Below are positions 58,302 to 64,000 of a stretch of 64,000 nt of DNA, piece by piece. The notes under the pieces were generated by a model. It was not told the origin of the DNA. It saw only the letters and a program-made list of their open reading frames with translations, and searched no databases. The translations under genes were made by a program, and so were the position numbers. This stretch comes from Alphaproteobacteria bacterium (lineage in GTDB: Bacteria > Pseudomonadota > Alphaproteobacteria > WRAU01 > Hepatincolaceae), in assembly GCA_031256515.1 (NCBI GenBank), contig JAIRQL010000100.1:19113-83112 (forward strand), in the 5' to 3' direction. Position 1 is the first letter of the stretch. Each line of letters begins with the position of its first letter.

Positions 58302-60917
58302 ATGGCGAAAATTCATATTGTTAATCATACTCATTGGGATAGAGAATGGTATTTTACAACCGCTGATGCTCTTGTTTTAAGTGAAAATTGCTTTACTGAG
58401 GTAATTAACGAGCTAGAAAAAAATACGGAAGCTAAATTTTGCTTAGACGGGCAAAGCTCTATTTTAGAGGATTATCTTAAGTTAAGACCAGAAAAGACTG
58501 ATTCCATAAAAAAATTAGTTAAAGAAAAAAGATTAGCGATTGGTCCTTGGTATACACAACCAGATGTTTTTTTTGTAAATGGTGAATCTATAATTAAAAA
58601 TTTAATTATTGGGATTTATGAAGCTAAAAATTATGGCGATTATATGAAAATAGGCTATCTACCAGATACTTTTGGCATTAATTCTCAAATGCCAACTATC
58701 TTAAAAAATACAGGGATTGATAATATTATTTTTTGGCGAGGAATAAGCCTAGATAAACATGTTAAAACTCCATATTTTAAATGGAGTGGGCTAAGTGGAG
58801 CAGAAATTACAGCTATTAGTTTAATAGATGGTTATAGTGTGGTTTCGCATTTAAAGGCTACTCCAGAATATATTGAATCTAAATTAATTCCAACTACTAA
58901 AAGATTTAAAGAACTTACCCAACAAGATGAAATTATGCTAACGGCTGGAGGTGATCAGCTAGATATTGTCCCGAATATTCATGAAAAACTTTCACAAATT
59001 AATGCAGTGTGTGAAGATATGTATATATTAAGTTCTTATGAAGAATTTATGGATATTCAAAAAAATAGGAAAGATTTAGAAAGTTATGTGGGTGAATTTC
59101 GTGAGCCTTGTTTTGCAAGGGTGCATAAATCTATTGGTTCAGTTCGGTATGATATAAAAAGAGAAAATTACTTATTAGAGGAAAAACTTTTAAAAAGAAT
59201 AGAACCTTTAATGGCAATTGCTAGGGCTAATGGAGTGTTTGTATCTGAAGGAATATTAAGAACAGCTTGGAAAAAGATTTTAGAAGGGCAAGCTCATGAT
59301 TCTATGGGTGGTTGTATATCTGATGATGTTCATGCAGATATAATCCATAGGTTTAAAGAAGCTAATGAAATTGCTGATGCTATTGAAAATTTAATTATGA
59401 AGCTAATGGCAGAAAAGCTAGGTTTAAAAGAAAATGAGATTTTAATATTTAATACTACTCCAGCTAGTTATAGTGGTAGAAAAGTGGTTTCATTTATGTC
59501 CTCTTCTAAAAATATTACTTTTCCTACGGATAAAAATGCTATTTTGCTTGATTATATAGAATATGTAGGGAAGGAGAATCTGCTTTTAGAAACTCCAGAG
59601 GGTAATAAATATATCAGTGAAGATGCTTATGTGAAATGTACTTGCCTTATAAATGTTAATATTCCAAGCATGGGGTATACTGTAGTTTCTTTTGAAAAAG
59701 CCAGTGAAGAGCTAGCAAGAACTAAAGAAAGCCAAGATAATTTTATTGAAAATAATTTTTACAATATCAGTATTAAAGGTAGCAATCTTAGTCTAAAAAC
59801 TAAAGATGATGTAGTTTTAAATAATTTCTTAAGTTTTGAAGATATGGGGAATGATGGAGATACTTACGATTTCTCGCCATTGCGACAAGATAAACCTATA
59901 ATTTTGAATCTTTCTTTAAAAGAAGTTAAAAAGTCGCCCATGTTTGAAGAAATGATATTAAGCGGAGATTTTAAACTTCCTAAAACTTTACAAGATAGGA
60001 TTTTTTTGCAAAGAGTTGGTAGTTTATCTATGGTTTTAAGTTTAAAGTTGTTTAAAGATAGTTCTTTAATAGAGTGTAATCTAAAAGTTAATAATGAAAT
60101 TTTAAGCCATAGATTAAGATTACGAGTAAATTCTGGAGAAGTGTTAAAACAGAGTATTGCTTCAACTCCATTTGGTTATATTAAAAGAGAGGTGCAGAAA
60201 GAGAAAATTTCTGTTTTACCACAAGGCTATGTGGAAATGCCAATTGATATAGAACCGTTTGATGCCAATGTTTCATGTGAAACAAGTGAGTTTACAGTTA
60301 ATGTTTTTGGCAAAGGTGTTAAGGAATATCAGGTGGTGGATAATCATTTAAATATTACAATGTTTGCAACCACTGGTGAGCTAGGGAAACCGAATTTGTT
60401 GTATCGTCCTGGTAGAGCTTCGGGAGATACTACCAAAAAAGGACACATCATGATTGCTACTCCAAAGGCAGAACTTTTAGGAAAGTTAGAATTTGAGTTT
60501 GGTATATCTATTAATGCTGGAAAATTTGATGGATTTACTGTAGCTAAACTAGATTCTATGTATAAAGATACCCATATTAGCTATCAGCTGCAAACTCTTA
60601 ATAAGTTCATTAATCGCTTGGATAATAAAGTGCAACCACGAGAGAATATTGTGGCAATCCCAAGAGAATTTTCTTTGTTTGAAGTAAGTGAAGATTTATT
60701 ACTCAGTAGCTTTTCTCCATCTATGTACGATGAAGATTCGTTTTTGCTAAGATTTAAAAATATGAGCGAGAAAACTATTCCCGTAAAATTTAAAAATATG
60801 AATAACTTTGAGAGTATAACAAAAGTAAACTATATAGAAGAACCCTATGAAAACCAAAATCTAGAGATTAATATGTTTGATACTATTACTTTGAAGTGTA
60901 AACTAAAGAGGAATTAG
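58302..60917 (+). CDS. mngB: GH38 alpha-mannosidase (MngB-like; start ATG 58302)
   Basis: HTHWDREWY, LDGQ, GPWYTQPD, GYLPDTFG, AHDSMGGC. Confidence 0.85.
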   Translation: MAKIHIVNHTHWDREWYFTTADALVLSENCFTEVINELEKNTEAKFCLDGQSSILEDYLKLRPEKTDSIKKLVKEKRLAIGPWYTQPDVFFVNGESIIKNLIIGIYEAKNYGDYMKIGYLPDTFGINSQMPTILKNTGIDNIIFWRGISLDKHVKTPYFKWSGLSGAEITAISLIDGYSVVSHLKATPEYIESKLIPTTKRFKELTQQDEIMLTAGGDQLDIVPNIHEKLSQINAVCEDMYILSSYEEFMDIQKNRKDLESYVGEFREPCFARVHKSIGSVRYDIKRENYLLEEKLLKRIEPLMAIARANGVFVSEGILRTAWKKILEGQAHDSMGGCISDDVHADIIHRFKEANEIADAIENLIMKLMAEKLGLKENEILIFNTTPASYSGRKVVSFMSSSKNITFPTDKNAILLDYIEYVGKENLLLETPEGNKYISEDAYVKCTCLINVNIPSMGYTVVSFEKASEELARTKESQDNFIENNFYNISIKGSNLSLKTKDDVVLNNFLSFEDMGNDGDTYDFSPLRQDKPIILNLSLKEVKKSPMFEEMILSGDFKLPKTLQDRIFLQRVGSLSMVLSLKLFKDSSLIECNLKVNNEILSHRLRLRVNSGEVLKQSIASTPFGYIKREVQKEKISVLPQGYVEMPIDIEPFDANVSCETSEFTVNVFGKGVKEYQVVDNHLNITMFATTGELGKPNLLYRPGRASGDTTKKGHIMIATPKAELLGKLEFEFGISINAGKFDGFTVAKLDSMYKDTHISYQLQTLNKFINRLDNKVQPRENIVAIPREFSLFEVSEDLLLSSFSPSMYDEDSFLLRFKNMSEKTIPVKFKNMNNFESITKVNYIEEPYENQNLEINMFDTITLKCKLKRN

Positions 60918-60939
60918 TTAATGAAAAATATTAATTATA

Positions 60940-60948
60940 TGATACAAT
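60940..60948 (+). promoter_or_regulatory. Extended -10 promoter of the retron operon
   Basis: TG-A-TACAAT predicts a start near 60955, immediately before the 5' inverted repeat; weak -35 ATGAAA at 60921-60926. Confidence 0.55.
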
Positions 60949-60955
60949 ATACACA

Positions 60956-61089
60956 CTCCGTCTAAATTTTTAGTGGGTATTTCACTATATTGGTAGAAAA
61001 CACAAGTTTACTATCATTAATGGTAGTAGAGTTTATAGCTTAGCACTGCATGATGATTCCATGATTCCATGGCATAAGAATAGACGGAG
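60956..61089 (+). ncRNA. Retron msr-msd ncRNA
   Basis: Terminal inverted repeat CTCCGTCTA (60956-60964)/TAGACGGAG (61081-61089), extendable via TTTTTA/TAAGAA; candidate branch G 60973; internal hairpins; directly upstream of retron RT. Confidence 0.8.
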
Positions 61090-61126
61090 AATTTGTTGGT
61101 AGCTATTATTAATAATTAAAAATAAA

Positions 61127-62752
61127 ATGAATAAAAAAGAAAAGATTCAAAAAGCCATCTTTCTTAAAGATATAGCTGAGGTTTTTGATAAATCTCCCTC
61201 AAAATTAGCATATTTGTTATATAGGTTTCCAAAAGATAGAAATACATATAAAGAGTTTGAGATTCCTAAAAAATCTGGTGGAATTAGAAAAATTAAGGCT
61301 CCTATTAAATCAATATCTTATTTACAGCAAAAACTACTAACTATTTTAAATGAAATTTATATTCCACAAAAGTGTGTACAAGGTTGTGTTAAAGATAAAA
61401 AAAGAGGAATTATTAATAATGCGAAAATTCACTCAAATAAAAAGTATCTTGTAAATATTGATATAAAAGATTTTTTCCCATCTATAAATTTTGGTAGAGT
61501 GAGAGGAATGTTTCTATCTAATCCTTATTATTTTTCTTCAAAGACTGCAACAGTTTTGGCTCAAATTGCTACTTACAATAATGAATTACCTGTAGGTAGT
61601 CCATCTTCTCCTATGATTGCTAATATGGTAGCTTCACATTTAGATTATGATATTTTAAAGTATATAAGGAATAAAAGAATTAGTGTTAAATATACTCGTT
61701 ATGTTGATGATATGAGTTTTTCATGCAACAACAGCGAGCATTTAAAATATATATTTGATATAGAAAATAACGAAATAAATCAAGAGTTATTAAGGATTAT
61801 TGAGAAAAATAATTTTAATATTCAAGAACATAAAACTAGGTATGCAATAAAATCTAAAAGACAAGAGGTAACAGGTCTTGTCTGCAATGAAAAAGTTAAT
61901 GTAAAAAAAGAGTTTTATCAAAAAGTAAGAAATATGGTTCATAATTTTTATTATGAAAATGATAAAGGTGAGAATATTTCAGAAGAGGTTATTCGTGGTA
62001 ATATATCTTTTTTATTTAATATAAAAAACAGAAGTAATAAACTTGAAAAAGATTCAAATAGTACCAAAGAGATCAAAGAATATAAAAGCAATACTAGTTA
62101 TAAAACATTGGATAAGTTATTGTGGAAATATAATTTAGGTAGAATAAAAAATGAGGCTAGTAATAGTAAAGTTGTAGTTTTAGTAGAAGGTCAAACTGAT
62201 GTTATTTATTTAAAAGAGGCTTTTAAACAATATAAAAATAACAAACCAAATATCCCAGATTTGATTTTTATGAATTTATTTTGTGGTGCAAAAGGTTCTG
62301 GAGCAACTCAGTTAAAATGGTTTTTAGTTTGGATAGCAAATAGTATAAAAAAATATAAACATGAGAAAGATACTAGTCATTTAAAAATACTAAATACCAA
62401 ATTTAATATTATAGCTGATAACGATAAAGAAGGTAGAGATGTTAAAACAACTTATGATGGAAATGAAAAAAGTTTAAAAAATATAGAGATATTCTTATTA
62501 GAGAAAAGAAATAGTAAAAATAAAGGTTCAAATAATGATATTGTTATAGAAGATTTGTTAATTATTAAAAAACAAGATCCGAAACAATATAATTATATTG
62601 AAAAATTAAAAAATGATAAATCTTTACCTAGTATAGAAGAAGTAATCAAACAGTCTAAAAGCTCTTCTGTTGCAAGAGCTTTAGTAAAAAATTATAATAT
62701 TAATTATTCAAACTTCTTTAAATTATTTGATAAAGTGTTAAAAATAGGATAA
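61127..62752 (+). CDS. Retron reverse transcriptase fused to a C-terminal TOPRIM nuclease (Eco2/Ec67-like, type I-C)
   Basis: IPKKSGG.R.I.AP, NAKIH (region X), DIKDFFPSINFGRVRG, LPVGSPSSP, YTRYVDD, QEVTGL (region Y); TOPRIM VEGQTD...ADND...IEDL. Confidence 0.92.
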   Translation: MNKKEKIQKAIFLKDIAEVFDKSPSKLAYLLYRFPKDRNTYKEFEIPKKSGGIRKIKAPIKSISYLQQKLLTILNEIYIPQKCVQGCVKDKKRGIINNAKIHSNKKYLVNIDIKDFFPSINFGRVRGMFLSNPYYFSSKTATVLAQIATYNNELPVGSPSSPMIANMVASHLDYDILKYIRNKRISVKYTRYVDDMSFSCNNSEHLKYIFDIENNEINQELLRIIEKNNFNIQEHKTRYAIKSKRQEVTGLVCNEKVNVKKEFYQKVRNMVHNFYYENDKGENISEEVIRGNISFLFNIKNRSNKLEKDSNSTKEIKEYKSNTSYKTLDKLLWKYNLGRIKNEASNSKVVVLVEGQTDVIYLKEAFKQYKNNKPNIPDLIFMNLFCGAKGSGATQLKWFLVWIANSIKKYKHEKDTSHLKILNTKFNIIADNDKEGRDVKTTYDGNEKSLKNIEIFLLEKRNSKNKGSNNDIVIEDLLIIKKQDPKQYNYIEKLKNDKSLPSIEEVIKQSKSSSVARALVKNYNINYSNFFKLFDKVLKIG

Positions 62753-62773
62753 TTAATAATAAGTAGTTCTTTT

Positions 62774-63586
62774 CTACTCCAAACCTTTAGCCAGTGAAAT
62801 AACATTTAATAAAAAGATGGGGTCTAATTCAGGGATTTCAAAGATTTGATGGTTAGAATTTATCTCATCTCTTTGAATTAGGATTCCATTGTTATAAGGT
62901 TTAACAGCAACTATATTATTAAATGGAATTCTAAAGATTTTACTTTTACTATCAAAATAAATATTTTGGTTAGTAATTGCTAATAGTCCTGTATCTTTAT
63001 ATTTAATTTCCTCAGTTTTAATTCTTTTGCCACTACTCTCATCCATTTCAGTATTTTTAGTATTGAAACCAAAAGAAGTAAATTTATAAGATACAGTAAT
63101 TTCTGGTTCAGAGAATTTAACTTTATCAAGAGTATAAATTAGTTTTTCTTCTTTTTTAAGTAGGAAATAATGATTACACTCAATATTGGTAGGTAGTATG
63201 CCTTGTTGTAAGTTTTTTATTAAAATAGTATTATTTACTTGATTCATTAGTTTATAATTGGTTATATCAAAAAAATTACAACAATCTTTTATTAATTTTT
63301 CCTCTTCTTCTGTTAAAGATTTATCTTTTAGCATTTCTTCAATAGCAGAATCTAAAGCTAGGATAGCTAGGTTGGTTAATTCTGAATCAAAAAGTTGAAT
63401 ACTATCAGCAAGAATTCTTGTTTCGTTATAAATATCTTTTGAGATACTATTGTTTATTAAGGCATTTTTAATAATGGAAATTATATTATCTTTAACAACT
63501 TTTCTTGAAAGGTAGTTTTCTTCGCATTCTTTATGTTTATTATTTAAAAAGCCTGCACTTTGAGCACAATAGATACAATCTGCCAT
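62774..63586 (-). CDS. Hypothetical protein, N-terminal C/H zinc-binding motif and C-terminal PH-like domain (start ATG 63586)
   Basis: CIYC-x9-HKEC; C-terminal GLLAITNQNIYF...FRIPFNNI...Y.NGILIQRD; AGGA RBS. Confidence 0.65.
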   Translation of the reverse strand: MADCIYCAQSAGFLNNKHKECEENYLSRKVVKDNIISIIKNALINNSISKDIYNETRILADSIQLFDSELTNLAILALDSAIEEMLKDKSLTEEEEKLIKDCCNFFDITNYKLMNQVNNTILIKNLQQGILPTNIECNHYFLLKKEEKLIYTLDKVKFSEPEITVSYKFTSFGFNTKNTEMDESSGKRIKTEEIKYKDTGLLAITNQNIYFDSKSKIFRIPFNNIVAVKPYNNGILIQRDEINSNHQIFEIPELDPIFLLNVISLAKGLE

Positions 63587-63650
63587 TTTTATCCTAAGGA
63601 TTCTAATTATTCTTACATTATTGTGCCAAATATCTACAAAAAAGACAAGA

Positions 63651-64000
63651 CTAATTAATTTTAATAACTCTTTGATTACTACTACCAACAAAGGGCAGGT
63701 GGGGGGATTTTAGTGACTCTATAAATTTGCCATCTACTAGGGTATTAATATAGTTAAGTACTTCATCTTGTTTATTAGCTTTGATTTCTTCAATAGTATA
63801 TCCAGTATAAACCCAAATGTTTAGGTTAAAGTTTTGTTTGATTGCTTTAACTAAATTTAAGAGACTATCATATTGAAAGAATGGATCACCACCGCTGATG
63901 GTTATGCCATCTATAAATCCTATATGCTTAGAGATTAAATCAACTTCATTTTCAATGCTAGAGGTAATGCCATTATGATAATTCCAGGTTTCCATATTAT
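63651..64000 (-). CDS. nrdG: Anaerobic ribonucleotide reductase activating protein (5' end beyond window)
   Basis: ETWN, GITISGGDPF, IWVYTGY, LVDGKF, FVGSSNQRVI. Confidence 0.88.
   Translation of the reverse strand, partial: NMETWNYHNGITSSIENEVDLISKHIGFIDGITISGGDPFFQYDSLLNLVKAIKQNFNLNIWVYTGYTIEEIKANKQDEVLNYINTLVDGKFIESLKSPHLPFVGSSNQRVIKIN

Noticed and set aside
61127-62752. RT as group II intron, DGR or CRISPR-associated RT
   Set aside because: No maturase/domain V, no TR-VR pair or avd, no cas1; retron X/Y motifs, TOPRIM fusion and terminal inverted repeats are present.
1-64000. tRNA/rRNA genes
   Set aside because: No T-loop (GGTTCGA-type) cloverleaf or GC-rich rRNA-like segment noticed by eye; tRNAscan-SE/barrnap would confirm.

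Overview
An AT-rich alphaproteobacterial chromosome segment spanning the replication origin; gene order and PTS content suggest a host-associated symbiont such as Ca. Hepatincola (inference). Genes from 3.8 to 19.4 kb run on the minus strand and nearly all from 19.6 to 62.8 kb on the plus strand. The switch lies beside a DnaA-box cluster at 19964-20231, between rho/VOC and aroE-coaE-dnaQ. Left of oriC, the conserved mnmE-mnmG-rsmG-parA-parB operon is interleaved with a surface-glycosylation kit: 2 GtrA, 1 GtrB and 4 GtrC-type polytopic transferases, one broken by a single in-frame TGA. It is punctuated by 6 parS sites, and each GtrII-like paralog is bracketed by parS, one by an exact 29-bp direct repeat. 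Right of oriC are housekeeping genes, a cluster of beta-barrel outer-membrane proteins, an inserted perR-ahpC-ahpF islet, three copies of a ~104-bp MITE/RPE-like palindromic repeat with covarying stems, and a fructose-family PTS/GH38 cluster. The window ends with a complete Eco2/Ec67-like retron (promoter, msr-msd ncRNA with a1/a2 repeats, RT-TOPRIM fusion), a hypothetical protein and a truncated nrdG. No rRNA, tRNA, CRISPR array, integrase or transposase was seen.
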